Shown in pieces: positions 14,101-29,362 of a stretch of 64,000 nucleotides of DNA. Source of the stretch: Phoronis australis (taxonomy: Eukaryota; Animalia; Phoronida); NCBI GenBank assembly GCA_002633005.1, contig NMRA01000021.1, forward strand, positions 1,519,392-1,583,391, given 5' to 3'. The notes under the pieces were generated by a model. The model was given only the letters and a program-made list of their open reading frames with translations, ran no database searches and was not told where the DNA came from. The position numbers and the translations under genes were made by a program. The number at the start of each line of letters is the position of its first letter. Position 1 is the first letter of the stretch.

Positions 14101-15268
14101 ATTTTCGTTTTTTGTTCTAATTTGATCTGAAGACCGTTGATGGAATGGTATGACCACAGACGGAGGAAAAAGGCGTTGAATGAATAATTTTCATGGTTCA
14201 GCTCGTCAATCTGACAAACGCAATGTTGTTTATAAATTAGCATAATGAAATTAATGTATACAGTGTGCAATAGGGCATGATATTTTTAAATAATGCGCAA
14301 AATTTCTATAATAAGAGTAAAATTGACATGTCTCATATCGCTGATAACGCCATTGATACCACATAGCCTGTTTCGGCTCCTTCAAATGGGCGTTTGTAAG
14401 TCTTGGCTTATACAACGTGTAAACGTGTATTTTCTCCACTTTCGATTGAAATATACCGATCTACTTTATGCTTCTACGTAATTAAAGAGAAATAGTCAGT
14501 CTTAGGGTCGAAAAACGGATTGGAATTAATGTTGAATGGAAGAGACTTGTTGAAGTTATTAGCTGTAATCACAGCTATTAAGCAACAAAATCCTTTGTGT
14601 TTTTGTGATTTATATTGCAAGTCGCCACTTCCCACCATTGGTTGAAGGGACCCTAGTTTAAAAGTGCCGCCCACCCCTCACTGATAGATCTTGACAATCT
14701 TTTTAATTATTGATACCCTGGAGAATCTGTTTATTTTCTATCATTTCCTAAAATCATTGTCAGGTGGAAGCTATAGTACACACCTTTAAAACCGGTATAG
14801 CACTTACTTCATGTTACGTATCTTTTCGAAAAAAATGAACAAAAACATTGTACTTGTCGGCCATATTGTTTCCTAATTTGGTGAGAATGTACCGCGTGGC
14901 TGACGTAATATTCTTCATAATGTGTAAGTTAACCGATGACTTAGAAGAAGGAATGGTAATCGTTTAACACAGTGGAGGAATGTATGTGTGTAACCAGGAA
15001 TAAACGATAAGCAACGCTTGAGAGCAGATTTTGTTTATCTTATGAAAATTTTAGTAGCATAGGACTTTCAATCTCCGTTTCAAAACACCATGCAACATCA
15101 CACACGCACGAAAAGACAACATTAACTTTATCAAGTTCACCACTTTGTAGTTGATTTACAAAACATCGATTTCAAAGAAACTGTTCTAGACTTAATGGTG
15201 CACGAAGCCAATTACTGTTTATTCATATTTATTCATAACCTGTCCTAATATAAGCCTACCCAAAAGTA

Positions 15269-15363
15269 CGCCCATGGGCGTATTTCGGATAATTTTCCAA
15301 AATCTCGCCCATGGGCGTATTTCGGATAATTTTCCAAAATCTCGCCCATGGGCGTATTTTCGG
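15269..15363. repeat. 37-bp tandem repeat (~2.6 copies) with a palindromic core
   Basis: Unit cgcccatgggcgtatttcggataattttccaaaatct starts at 15269, 15306 and 15343. The core cgcccatgggcg is palindromic. Confidence 0.9.
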
Positions 15364-17085
15364 TAACCACTTGAATGTTTTGAAAATTCTATGGATTGTT
15401 CTAAAATACGTATGCAAAGAGAGGTTATTCTTAAAACTGGAAATTACAAATATTAATTCGCCTCACTTCTCTTTTCACTAATTTCTAAAACACTCCATTT
15501 GTAATTTTTTTGATGTGAGAATTTTGTAAGAGTCATTGCTATATTTCAAAACAAAAATTACAGTCTAAAAAGTAAAAAATCTGTGAAAAAATGAAAATCT
15601 GTGGAAGTTTTTAATTGGTTTTGAATAACACATAATCACAATGTTTTATAAAAAGACAGAAGGCGGCTCAATGCTCGATTGGCATCGCGCGTACGCAGGT
15701 CCATTGCGCAAAGCACCTGATTTGAAATTTATTGATATGTAAAAATGTATACATATTGCCAATAGTATGCAAGGGGCAACAGTTGAATGGCCTACAAAAT
15801 AATTGCTATAGAGCATTTCAAAAAGAAATATTATTATCGCTAAATTCATTAAGGTTATCATTCATCCGTCTAGTAATTTCTAATTTCTGTCAAACCTTAA
15901 CACTTCGTTTTCATGGGCAATGTTCGCTCGCAGACAAAAGCAGCTGCCGCGGTTTGATCGATCAAGAATCTTAGTAATCCCCTTCAACGTAACGACGTGT
16001 ATCGTAACACTTACCCGTACATTTATCGTTGACTTCATTTTGTTCGACCAACTGGCGTTCTAATTTAAGTTACCAATTTTCAATTAAAATAAAAATGCAT
16101 TTACAATTCCTGTTATATTTGCACTTAGTCCCGAAATGCTATCAACGAATACAAGCCAGTATGGGTAAAAAGAGATATCATTAATGGGCGCCTTCATACG
16201 AGTCTCTTTTACACATTTCCCTGATTTTTCTCGGTCTATTTAATGAACACAAAATTATGAGCTTCAGAGCCATACACGCTTGTCGAATTTGCTCAGGATT
16301 TTTTCGGAATCTCAAGTTTATCGCATGCGCACAAATATTGTGAGATTGTGAGCTTTGGTAACTAACATAAACACTTGCGAAAATATTCTGGTAAAAAATC
16401 CGCAAACAAAACTTGCATGATCGAGCCTCATTACGGAAAACGAATCTTAAGGTCAAGGCCATCAGGGCTCGGAAATTCCTGTACTCGAAACACGACTCGA
16501 AGATTGTCAATGGCATGACATGGCCTCGAGTACACTTACGAATTCATACTTGAATCATGTCGCGTGATTGGTCTGTGAGCCTGAATCAAGTCTGAGTTTC
16601 TTAGATAAGACCCCAGGCCTTAAGACATCATAATCGCGGGGTCACTACAGTAGAACCTCCGAATCGTCAAATTAATTGTACGATCATCAAATCATTTTTA
16701 AGGTTCATATAAAAGCGTTGTGATTGGCACAGTTTGTGTTGCACGTGACATTCTGTTCGTACGTATGATGTTATTCGGTGAAATTCGTGAGCGTGATTGT
16801 CTAGTACCCTTGAAGAAGGGTACAAAAACTAAGCGAAACGTTCACTTCAGTTGAGGTTAGTCTGTACATGTATTAGAAAAAATACATTAAGCTTTTCGTA
16901 AATGTTTGATAAGTTAAACCATGCATCTGTGCTCTTATTTCGTCATTTAGAAGAGTACAAGCAATTAATGAAATGCCTCTTGTTGTTATAATTTTTGTAA
17001 ATACCACAGTAATTAGTTTACAAGCTAAAATATGTCGTCAGCATAACACGTGACCCCCTTCCACTGTGATACGCTTTTCGAACAG

Positions 17086-17146
17086 CAATTTGATACCCGG
17101 GGTGAAGGTCGACAACTCGATACCCGGGGTGACGGTCGACCACTCC
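17086..17146. repeat. 27-bp tandem duplication
   Basis: gatacccggggtga(a/c)ggtcgac(a/c)actc occurs twice in tandem. Confidence 0.8.
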
Positions 17147-20100
17147 ATTGTTTGTTCTCGTTCATACATGTACGCCTATGATGTGTTTTCTATCATTTTG
17201 CAGCTCGTTGCGCTATTTTCTATTAAATGTCTCGAACTCGATCCGTGCCGGAAGCGAGTCAAGGTGTTCTGAGGGCCGGCGGAAACCGTGCGTCGAGTGA
17301 CGTGATCTTCTAATAGGATTTAATAATTAAGGCATGAACATGTAACTGAGACGAGTGGCTGTTGCGAGGACATTAACTGTTCGGAGAATAATAACGGGGC
17401 GTTGTGATAAAAACATGACAGTTGAGCTCCGTTCCACGTATTTTGTCAGCAAGACGTTTAAAGAAAGAAAAATGTCCGCATTGGCAAGCCTGCAAGCGCG
17501 CGACTGCTGTGCAGAATGGGACTTGGAAAAGGGTTATGCATTAGTGTGCGTGTGTCTGTATCCATTCCTTTGATGAAAAGCGTTTTTACATTATAGAAAT
17601 AATACGTGAACTTTTGAATTTTTCATACTTTTACAGTAACCAGGCGACGTGTGCTTGAAACTTATCAATTAAAGTTTTGCCAGCTTTAAAACAGTCAGAC
17701 TATTTTAGGCGGACACGAAGTTGATGATATATATCAAGGTGCTTAGGACTGGTTCGCAATGTTGGCTCCAAGACGTGTTTTCTCAGTAAGGACAAGTACG
17801 TGCCTTTCGTAATTTTGAGATGTCTTTTATGGAAACTTTTATGGAAAAAATAATTTGTAGCACAAACCAAATGAAACGACACTAAACTCACTTTTTCCAA
17901 GTAATGTGCTCTCAGTATGATATTTTTTCCAAAATTCCTTTTAAAAAGCTACACGTGTGACGTTTATTTCAGTCAAGGCCTTTCGGAGAGTTTACGGCTT
18001 CTCAATCTCATGTCTCTTCATCTATCCTTTTGTATTGTATTGCTTTACTTTGTATCGTGCTTCCTTGTTTTGTGTTACATTCCATTTGAGTTTTAAAACA
18101 CTAACACTTTTTCCCAATGAGGACTTTCTTGAAATGCAACTAGTCCTCATTTTGAAAGTAACACAAAATAAAGCAATAATCTGATATAACGTGCCCGTAT
18201 TTTGAGAACCAGTTTGATGCCACTTATTCAGTGGAGAAAACTGGTTCTCATAATTCGGGCACGTTATATCGGACTATTACCCAAAATAATAAAAACAAAA
18301 GTCCACGACGACTAGAGTTAAATCTACACGTTGGGCTGTAACATACAGAGTTTACGATTGGCGTAGATCGCATGGTGCAGGACAATAAAGGGGAGTAACG
18401 CCTATGAAATGTGATGAGTAACTTGGCGACATGCTGAAAATATGCTTTGAAATTAACAGCCCACCAGTCTAGTTTAGTGATCAAACCTAGTAACATGATT
18501 TGCCTGGTTTAGCAACGTGGAAATTACTAGATTGATTAGAAAATATGACAACTGTCATAATATATTCTTCCTCAGAATATTAAGATCGAAAGGGAAAATC
18601 AACGTGTTTAATGCAATTTGGGTCCTTTTGTTTTGTCAATCCCCGTGAAGGATCGATGAGTTAACACATGATAGCAAAAATTACATGTTATTTCAAATGG
18701 AATTTAGACATAATTATAGGATACCTCAAGAGTGATACATCACCGTGCGAAATCTGAAAGCTAATCACGAAAGCGATATTTAATCAAGTTAGAAAGGACG
18801 GCCTTGAATTGCAGCCGGTGCAAGCTACTTAAATACTGGCTTGTAGTAAAGTGTGACGTTTAGTTTTTGATAGGCAGGGAAATGATAGGTCAACAGTCTT
18901 ATTTAAATACTTGCATGTCGAGCACACAGATTTCCGTTGAAGTGGATGTTAACGATGGATATTTATGTTGTATACTAATTCAAATGAACCGTTGAGATGT
19001 CATGTCTGTGAACTTTGGAAGGAGCACATATCAACAGTCATTTGAAGTGTGCGCTAAATTTGCAATTGCTACAGCAGAGGTGGTGAATTTTGTGTCTAGG
19101 AGAAACCTGCATTCTCAAGAAGAGATGACAAATGATCTCATTTCTTATATTCTGAGATTCATGAAAATTTTACCAAGATAAAAAATAAATTCCAAATGCT
19201 CAGAAACGATACGAGAATTCAAATATTGTTTGAAAATCCCTTTGAGGAATATTCATGCGCCCAGTGTGTACATGTGTGCATATTTAAATTTGAAATTCCA
19301 TTGCATTTCGGACACCCAGTGCATATACCAATAAACCATCACATTCAGATATAATCAATTACGTTCAGATAAAAACATTTCGGCTAACAATACTTGCTAA
19401 CAATTATATTTTCTTTATCAAACCTACAAAACATTTCTAAAGTATTCACTGTTGTTTGCATATCGCCATTCTAGTAATTTATATTCAATTGATTTTACTC
19501 TACAATTAAAATTGAGTATCGTTTTTTAGACTTATGGTACTGTAAATAATCGAGAAATTACCCCTTGCACTCTGTAAGGCTGGTGTGCTTAGACCAATAA
19601 ATATTAGAAATAGTGCTATTACACCCCCCTCTGAAACATGTGTCTGTGTAATGCTGTTTTCATCAGACTACTTTTACCCTTTACATAATTCTTTCAGTTC
19701 TGTGGCTGGATTAACTAATGTTAAATAAAACAGATTTCGAGTTCTGAAAGGTCGTTTTCGTCTGTGCCAGGGCCGGCATTAGCGAAGTTGTTCTCAGTCG
19801 TACCATCGCAAGGTCACGCGCCATGAGATGATTGCTGGTCTGTGCTATCGAAGTTATTCAACAGTCAAACAATATTTTTCTGCAGATAACTTCTGAGGTT
19901 TTGTACAACTCACCCCGCATTACCCAAAACGTCTGTTGAGGATTTTTCAACTGCACGAAGGAAATATTATCATGACTGTTCGTATAATACTCCGTGTTGT
20001 AACACATCGTAATTTTATGCTGCTTGAATCACGATTTAAACGTAGTAAAAAGGAGTGTTAATTTCTTGACACTCATTTTGTTCTAGTTTTTTTCGTTCTG

Positions 20101-23100
20101 TAGCAATTACACAATAGGTATAATAAAATCGTTCAATTGTATTTTGAAATGTATGTGTGATTTTATTACAAAGTACCTATATCCGGCATTTTTATGAAAT
20201 TAAACAAGCATTTCCGATATTTAAAAGAAGTCAGTTCTTTGAGTTAATTTGATCTGGGAATTTTTCAGGTGTGCAGGTCTTGAGTTCCCTTAATCAGTAG
20301 GTACTTTAAAAAGAATAGGCACTTCGCAGAATTTTAATTGTTTTAAATATACGTTACTTAGTAACTGAATATGAAACAAATGACAGGATTGATTGTTTTA
20401 TCCGAGTTGTTCATTTTTAGGGATAGTGTAGAGTGCTAGAAGAATAAATTCGATTTAATTAAACTATCAAGATTTTGTTGTGTCCTCAAAAAATACGATT
20501 GATGAATTATTTTTAACAATTTATTTTACGCCGTCATTATTAAAATAATATAATATCAATATTTCAAAAAAAGAAATATTACATAACCATCTCTTGTAAT
20601 TACAGCTCACAGTTTATTAAAGGCATGAGCGGAGCAGCAAGCGTCGACCGAAAGTACAACCATCCAAGCGTCTGAATATAGGTTCAACTAATTTCATTTT
20701 TCAGGGGAGATCATTGAAACCCTGGAATAAGGCGAGTATCCCCTTTAAATTTCCACTACATGCGGCACGGAGCCTCTTCACAGATGAGCAGCGTTTTGGG
20801 GGATTTAAAAACTGACAAACATTTATCTTCCTAAACGTAAAATACTTTTTTTTTCTGATTTAGACTGCTTACTGTTATAAAATTGATCTTTAATTGTCTG
20901 TCAAATTGGAGGTGATTTGAAGTCTTCAAAATAACTGACAGTTTAGTTTGTAATTGTTTGAGATCAAACTCTACATAAGTTAAATTGTCACGGCGTGTCG
21001 TTTTACGTAGCGAGCATGCTCTCAAAGAATAACGAACAGTTATTGCAAGACCAAAAGTCACTTCTCAACTTAGTAAGAAAAAAGTCGATCTCAGTTTTGT
21101 AGCGACAAGCGGTCTAAATCACAAGTTCCCCTCTGAATTAACTGAGGGCTTATAGGCACTTTAATAGAATATCGAAATGATTTCGATGCTATATTCGTTT
21201 TGCATTTTCTTACGTGGACATCATAGCTAGTTGCGCTTACCAAATAAGATAAAGACCAATTACGTTGCATCTAATCGGAAGCGGCGACTATCAGTTGATA
21301 CTGAAAGAACATCCGATCTAAAACGTTTAGCACATTGCTTTTGACAGTTCAAAGAGCGAACGCTACCACGTTTAAACTAATTATATAACAGTTCTTATGA
21401 GGGTAATTCTTTGGACGGGTATGGACAAGGTGTTCAACGGAGGGGACACGTCGTAATTTATGAATCGCTGAACTCTTCGTTTTGATTGGTTGTTTGTTGT
21501 AACCGAATGGTTTTAATGTTATGCAGATCCTAGGAAAATGCCCCCATCTCAGAAATGGCTCGTCGGATTCATATGAAACGTTCAGGTGCTATGTCTTATG
21601 CACTATCATTCTTCAAAATATTATCGGGAATTGTTTTTATGATGTTGTATTTCTGCATACAAAGGTTATCACAAAGTAGAAATTTCACGACTTTTATGAA
21701 TAAACTAAAACAATCTGCATAAACGGAAATGACGTGGTAATTTAGAAACTATTAAATCGTTTCATTATCTTGACATTAATACCAAATGAAATTTGGACAT
21801 GTTACCTGTATTTCTACTGGATGTTACTAAGAACACTTGGAAACGAGAACCAATCAAAGGCAGGTTTGTAAAAAAACTTGAAAACTTTTGTAGATTCTTG
21901 GATAAATACACACACTTGCCGATAATGTAATTTAATACTGTGGCTTAAAGCAGCAGTGTATTTTTACCAAAATTCATCCGCTTCACTCGACACTTTGTTT
22001 ATTGACGTAAGTATGTAGCACAGGGTTTAACTGCATGATTACGAAATGTGAAAAGTGGTTTGTCGTCGTGAGTGGCGCTGAATGTTATTAAGAACTTCGA
22101 TAACGTGTTCGATTTTGGCGCACTCAATCGTTCTACATATCCTCTCAAATACTGGGACATGTTCGATTGGTTTTCTCTAACATATCACGGAGAGAGAGAG
22201 ACGGTGGGCGTTTTGCTTCTACAAGAAGCTAAATGCCGTTGGTATAATCCGCGTTTTTCCACAGCGGCATTTGCTCTCTCCATGCAACGTCATCGCGTTC
22301 TTATCCTTTGTTTGAATTGACATCGGTTACAAGAAATCGCTTTGCTTTCCTCTGGCGGTCATATACACATGTAGTCTCAATGACTGGATGTAGTAACACG
22401 TGGTAACGACCAGCTAACGTGGGCGTGGTCTTAAGGAATAACTACTAATCAGTTCTTCTCAAGCTTAGAAACCATTCCTTATTTGTTTTATTTATAACCC
22501 TAAATTGTCTAAATCAAAACTTGTTTTGGAGTGCAAATGCTGGTTTGTTGTCCCCTTTTATATGTCATAATCGTAGAGAAAAGCGGTTTTACTGGGGCCA
22601 GCCCTGAGCGCGAGTCTAGAAATTTCGCGGTGGCAGCCAAATGCTCTGTTGGTCGCGTAGCTCGTCAGCATTTCAGCGAATGCCAGGCAGACAATGGTGA
22701 GAATTGGCGATTTGCAACAAAATCACAAAAAACGGGTTTTCCTGGTTTATATCTCTGGTCAACGCGAATGACTTAAAAAATCCATCCTATCCACCGATAA
22801 TCCCTAAAATGCGTTTTTGGTCGTAAAACAATAATGTCCCGATTTAACTTGTGTACACGTATGATAACTCTGAGTAAATTATCAATTTAACAATAACATG
22901 ATCGTACAATATATTATGTCATCATTTTCAAAAACTGTAACATCTTCATGGTTGGGCTCATTCAAACGATCTGCAATCGCGACCTACGATCAGCAACGCA
23001 CATTAGTTATAAAACTAGTGTAGCTTGATTGCTTTTCCATGACAAGAAGCCAGCCGTTTCCGTTCCGTCCATTGGGCTTGTAGGTCGTGCACTCACGCAA

Positions 23101-26100
23101 CGGTAACAACGGGGACGGTTGTGGGATTAGATTTCCTCTCGGAATATCAAAGCAAAGATGAAAAAGATGGCTTCAATACACTGCAAAGGTGTCTCACTGG
23201 CATGTACAATTAAACGCGTTATTTTATTACAAACCGGTGAACAATGGGCGGCAATGTTTAATGCTGACAAATGGGCAACCCGATAGCAAACCGGTGTGGA
23301 AAGCGGTTCCTATACAACACAGAATGAAAGCAGCTCACGGCGAATTATTATACAGTATGGCTCGATATTTTTCGTTGATCCCGTAAACAACTTTGGGAGT
23401 AGAAAGTCGTTATTTTCACGCTAGCTGGTTATTCGCGTGCGGTGACAATTTCAATTGTTTACACATGGACAAGGGGAGGCGCTAGGTTTCGACCTGGAGC
23501 AAGTTTCCGTCACAATATTTAGATTTCGGTTGAATGAGTCCGAAGTCTGAATCACAGCTTAACGAAACACACGTGTGGTGAAAAAGTGTGTATAACGCGC
23601 TGTTAATTAAAACATAATAATTAAGTGATATATCAATTGAATAAAAACACCACACGCGTCGCAAATTGGTCTCATTTCCGACTGGTGACGTGTTATGCGA
23701 TGTTTTGTAGAAAATCATTCGTCTTCCTCCGCTTTTAATGTTTATCTAGTTTTCAAAGAACTTCGGGCAATTCGTTGTCGTTTCACACACAGTACTGTCT
23801 CCGCACCTGATATGGCATTGTGACTAGTGGCGGATTTATCGATAGGGGGCTCATCATTTCAGCCTCTTCACGGGAACACTGACGACTATAGGATGTCACG
23901 AGAAGGCGACTTCAACTGAAAAAACTAACGTTCGTGAAAGCCGTTAAAGTGGAGGTGACGATTTGCGCCAATGTTGTAGCAATGTCTGTCACACAGGTTA
24001 TTTACTGAACTCCGCCCATTGTGTACATGTACGCCATTCTGTCATTTATTTTGTAACTAGCATCTACGTCGTCCAGGGATGGTCTTCTAACGGTGTTAGC
24101 TTTATACGTTCTTAACCATACTCAAACTGGACAACCGAATTTTCAGGCGCTATGAGCCTTTATCCAACAAAAACACATTGCAATTTAAGCCATTTACCGA
24201 CATTGTTTTAAAAAATTTCCTTAATGAAATTAAAGGTGATTAATTAGCTCGAGAAACAATGACAGTTCGTTTGACATGTAGACGAGAACAGGCTCCATAT
24301 GGTGGGCTTGGACTACGAGATTTGTTTCATGCACTAAGCATGGCCTTATGATACATGTATAAGGACTGAAACTGCCCGTTCACCCAAGTCCAGAAATCTT
24401 GTAGGTCTAAGCAGCTGGCCGTTGTTTACTCAGAAAGTTTTCCAATGTGGTCCTACGTGAGTTTCGGTTTATATTTTCTAAAGAGGTATGTACCACAGAC
24501 AATTAAAAAAAACGAGTTACACTTATTCGCCGATACTGCATAGTGAAACTGCATTAAAAAGAAAACGGCCAGAGAACCAATCATAGTTAAATTGACGTCA
24601 CGCTGTATCGAATACAGAACATGAACGATTTGCCAACTCTTCGTACATATACGCCAAAATGCCTGAAGAAAAGATTTTTTATGAATGGATGGTGGATAAC
24701 AACTTATAAAGATTTCAATACAACGGTCAAACGAACTTTACGCTGGCATGCACTTAGCCAGTCCGTAGCGTGACAGTGCCATTAACTGTACAACGATTAT
24801 CTCATCACTAACCCTCAACTACGCCATACATCTGAAAATTTAACGAACCCATTGTTATTGGCACTACTGCTTACGTTTCGCGAAAAGAATTTTAATGTTA
24901 AACCCCTACTGCAGTCATAGATGTTGTTTCTCGGTGACGGATTTGGGGGAGACCTGGGTCACTTCTGCAGTCACGACAAAAAACGTAGACACGTCGTTTA
25001 GGGGGGTTTTAGCGGGCACATTTGTGATTGCTTCCCATATTTTACCCGGCCTTCTAAAGCACGTCGATGTTTTGAAAACGATCGTCAGAACTGCATATCA
25101 ATTTTTAAGTTCGATTTTTTTACTTAGTGACGCAGCACATCATGAAATACTCCTATTATAGTGATATCCGTCAATAGACAACATAAATTCGATGTTGTAG
25201 ACAGGTGAAATGAGAGAAAAGAATGCCTTTAAAAGTATTCAATGGGAACAAATTCACCACAAGAGCACTTTACATGTAAACAATATTTAATCACAAAAGG
25301 TCTGTTTGGATATTTTACTATTGTAAGAAACGACTTAACACACGCTCAGTGATCATACCCGACGATTTGACAAGTGAGAAAAATATAAAAAGCAAAACAG
25401 AAGAATTAGTTTCAATAAAAAAGAAAGATCTTGTCTGTATCATATCATGCATCACTAATCGCTGATAGTAAAAACTCATGCATAAAAATCCGACTTTTGT
25501 CACAAAGTAGAAACAATTTACCTCGCCGCAAAGACAGCAAACAAACCTATTCATGGTCACCAATCGTGACTGATTTATCACAATGGTGTGCTATAGATGT
25601 ACAAATTTGTCTGTTTTGATTTGAAAATTGTTTGAAAACAAATGACGAACTCGCTCACAATAGCCAGCAGTCATAGCGATAGATACAACGTGCACTGGTG
25701 AAGAACTTCAAAGTAGCTGGATTACTGACGCCGATCCCAGCTGTCAGGGTCGAACACATGGGGTCGCAAAACGCTTTATGAACCGGCCAATCAGCGTTTA
25801 CTTTAAAATAAAAAACAGTTGCCAAGTCAGTACTATCTCATGCTGGATCGCCACTCAACTGCGACGACAGTGGGATTTGAACAAAACGGCTGGTAGAAGA
25901 TGAAATTAATTTTCGGAACTTGAAGTTTGCCGCTCAAGGTGTGCATTCACATTCAGTGCTTTTGTCATTGTTCCGTTTGAAAAGAAAACGGTTGGCGGAT
26001 GGATTTATTTAAATCGGGAGCTGCAGCATGAATATTCTTGATCACATAAATTGCTTAGAGCGGTCCATAGCATGAAAATCGTCTTGCATATAATCAGAAG

Positions 26101-26629
26101 TGAAGCCCACAGCAGTCGTGATACATCTAGAAAGAAAGGAATCAGTTATACCGGTGTGTTTTGATGATTTGCGTTGATTCTTTTTCATTGGTTCGAATGA
26201 ATAACTTGATTTACACCTTCCAAGCTCTAAAGTAAAACCTGCCAAGCGAAACCACAACGGTTGATCGAGAAAATGCCTAAACTCCGACGAAAAATAAAAA
26301 AGTGATGAATTTTGAACGAGGCGTTCTTGAATGACTGCTTATGTTCATAAGAATTTGAAAAAAATCATTTAAGGCTTTCTAAAAATGCCAAAAAAGACTT
26401 TGAAATCTGAAAATGTGAATTGTTTATTTCTAATTTAATTTTAAATTTTTAGTGTCATATTTCGTTTCATTTTTTAAAAAGGAGCGAGAAAGTCTTACTC
26501 CCCAAAAATAGCATAAAACGCGACATTTCGAAAAAGCTTTGTGGCACAAAATGTAAGAGGACAAACAGTACATGAAGAATATCTGGCATAATTGTTGTCC
26601 TTACTATATCTGACGGTTTATAAAACGTA

Positions 26630-26701
26630 TGCGTCAGCCGGGAATCGAACCCAGATCAACTGCTTGGAAGGCAACTATGCTAACCATTACACCACTGACG
26701 C
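26630..26701 (-). tRNA. trnG-UCC: tRNA-Gly (anticodon TCC), copy 1
   Basis: GCGTCAGTGGTGTAATGGTTAGCATAGTTGCCTTCCAAGCAGTTGATCTGGGTTCGATTCCCGGCTGACGCA: 72 nt, acceptor stem GCGTCAG/CTGACGC, A and B boxes, downstream TTTT Pol III terminator. Confidence 0.95.
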
Positions 26702-26945
26702 CTTTGTGTCGGCGTTTAACTTCCCGTTCACATCATCAAACGAGGTAGACACATCACTGCCGTCGCGTATTTTCGTGGCTTGTTATTGCATATACGTTTA
26801 ACGATGACAAGTAACCCTGATCCCAACTTCAAATTCTTGGATTAATTACCGCAATTTAAGCCGCCATTGCGTTCAATTTAAAATCAAAAAACAGAAAAAA
26901 CGAAACGAAAATCTTGTTGTGGGTGTTATTGCACTTACCAAATCT

Positions 26946-27095
26946 GCTTCATGTGGACGTATAACAGAATTAAATCACACCGGATTTTCTTCAGGTGAAC
27001 TTATAGTAGAATTAAGTCGCATTCGACTTTGTCATGTGAACTTATAATTGAATTAAAGCACATATTTTGCTTCATGTGAACGTATAATGACATCA
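26946..27095. repeat. ~42-bp degenerate minisatellite (~4 units)
   Basis: Repeated cttcatgtgaac(t/g)tataatagaattaa-type unit. A paralogous array lies at 29137-29362. Confidence 0.75.
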
Positions 27096-27335
27096 AGGTA
27101 CGCGGTAAACCTCTGAGTAAATCTAAGGATGAGGCAATGGCTTCAGATATTCGATGTTGACGTTTTCAGTCAACTGCTGAAAGGCGCAACAAAGAACAAC
27201 TAAACGGAAAAATATTTACACAAGATACACCCGAGTGCCCAATATATTCTACACGAAGCAATTGTGGTACATGGGCATAAATGAGAGGATTTGTGGTATT
27301 TTTACTTTTAGTTGAAGCTACCATACCGCGAGTGA

Positions 27336-27473
27336 GTTCAGTAACGCTAGGACCTACGCTAAGGCCCAGCTAAAATCTAGCTAAAGTCACGTGTTCTCAT
27401 TTAAAATACACGGCCATATCTCACGTAATCTCACGAAGTCTTGCTTTTTAGCGAGGTCCTAGTGTTACTGAAC
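27336..27473. mobile_element. 138-bp MITE, copy A
   Basis: Inverted ends gttcagtaacgctaggacct and aggtcctagtgttactgaac. A similar copy lies at 29503-29640. Confidence 0.75.
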
Positions 27474-27633
27474 GGGAGGCAGCATTCTGATCAACCGGTG
27501 CTGATTGTTGAAGCTTATCCGAAATTAGATTCCAGGCGAATGCATCTTGTATACGTCACACCCAAGAGTGATAATCCGGCCACAATTCACTCATCATCCT
27601 TTTATTTCATCATCTGACGGTTTATAAAACGTA

Positions 27634-27705
27634 TGCGTCAGCCGGGAATCGAACCCAGATCAACTGCTTGGAAGGCAACTATGCTAACCATTACACCACT
27701 AACGC
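27634..27705 (-). tRNA. trnG-UCC: tRNA-Gly (TCC), copy 2
   Basis: Same as copy 1 except 5' GCGTTAG (G-U pair in the acceptor stem). Shares the 3' flank and TTTT terminator of copy 1. Confidence 0.92.
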
Positions 27706-28850
27706 AATCCTGGTTACCAGGTTTAACTTCACGTTCACAACAATGTGGATTTGTGCCACTGGTTGCAGATACGGTGTATTTCCTCCCGTGCGGGAGTAAT
27801 TCTCCCGCAATAGAATGGGTGCATGAGTAGGATTGTGCCGCCAGCTTGGGTGAGTACATGTATTTTGGCCCTGTCATGTATTGTCTCGAGTGGGTCCGAC
27901 GGTTTGGCTTGAGGCATCGTCTCGGTTAGACGTATCTGACATACTTTCGGGTATTACACTGTATACCAGGTGGGTAAAACTAATGAGTGAAATCGTTGCT
28001 TCAGTGTTTTTGACCGAAACTTTGTCAGTAAAAAATAAATCTTCGGGGAAACCAACTACAAACCCAGTTGCAAACGTCGCGAATGATGCCAGACACTTTT
28101 CCGACTGATCAAGCACTCCGTGTTACGTCATCCTCGTATCAAGACATACTAAATACAAAATCTTGTACTTCTTAGGTACTGTTGGGTTTATCCTATAGGA
28201 CTCAGTAAACAGTTTACTTGCTACTAGGACTATCTTTACAGCCCAAACGTCTATGTAAAAGACCCGGCGTTCAAGGACAAGGAATTAGCTTCAAAACAAT
28301 AGAATATTGATAAATTCATGCGGGTTGAAACAGAAATTTCGTACCTGCATGTCATTGTGTGGACTTATCTATGTTAGAATTTATGTAAGCCTACATGTAC
28401 CAAAAGAGAGAGTGAAAAAAATGAATCATGTGAAACAGTAGACGTCGAGATGTTTACATTTACTGACTAAAATGTGTTTCACAAAGAATGGATTCATGCC
28501 ATTCAGTTTAATGAAACACGCTGCGTTGGAAAACAAGAACAAAACTTTGAATTCCCACCTTATCGTCATTGTCTGTATTGTTCAGTTCAATCACTGAGTC
28601 TCTGATCCGCCATCACTACAATTTTCTATGGTAACGAGTTTCCGTGCCATCCAAAACGAAAGGTTTAGTGTGTTAGCTACTTGTACAACAACGGTACCTT
28701 GCTTAATTATAAGTTTACCTTTTCTGACGGTTTCTAAAAGGTATGCGTCAGCCAGTACTGAGGGAACACAATGCATGGACGGTGCATATATCGGCCACAC
28801 TTCGACCATTAATAATTGTCTTCATCGCCTGGTCCATCTCCCAAAAATTC

Positions 28851-28922
28851 TGCGTCAGCCGGGAATCGAACCCAGATCAACTGCTTGGAAGGCAACTATG
28901 CTAACCATTACACCACTGACGC
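28851..28922 (-). tRNA. trnG-UCC: tRNA-Gly (TCC), copy 3
   Basis: Identical to copy 1. TTTTT terminator just downstream (plus-strand aaaaa at 28843-28847). Confidence 0.95.
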
Positions 28923-29136
28923 CGTTGTTAACTTCCGTATACATTATCAAACTAGGTGGGTATGATCGTTTAGTAGCTTGTAATTGCACGTGCGTTAGAC
29001 GATGACAAGAAACCCGGACCAGAACTCCGAAATTTCGAATTAATTACCCCAACCTGTGCGTTCAACTTGAAATAAAATAAAGAAACGAATGAAAGAAAAA
29101 AAACCTGTTGTGGGTGTTACTGGGCTTACCGAATTT

Positions 29137-29362
29137 GCTTCATGTGAACGTGCAGTATAATTAAGACACTCCAGATTATCTTCATGCGAACGTATAATAG
29201 AATTAAGGCCCACCAGATTTTCTTCATATGAACGTATAAAGCACATCATATCTTCTTCATGTGAACTAATAGTAGAATTAAGTCACACCAGATTTTGTCA
29301 TGTGAACTTATAATAGAATTAAAGTACACCAGATTTGCTTCATGTGAACATATAATAGAATC
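29137..29362. repeat. ~42-bp degenerate minisatellite (~6 units)
   Basis: Repeated cttcatgtgaacttataatagaattaagtcacaccagatttt-like unit. Confidence 0.75.
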
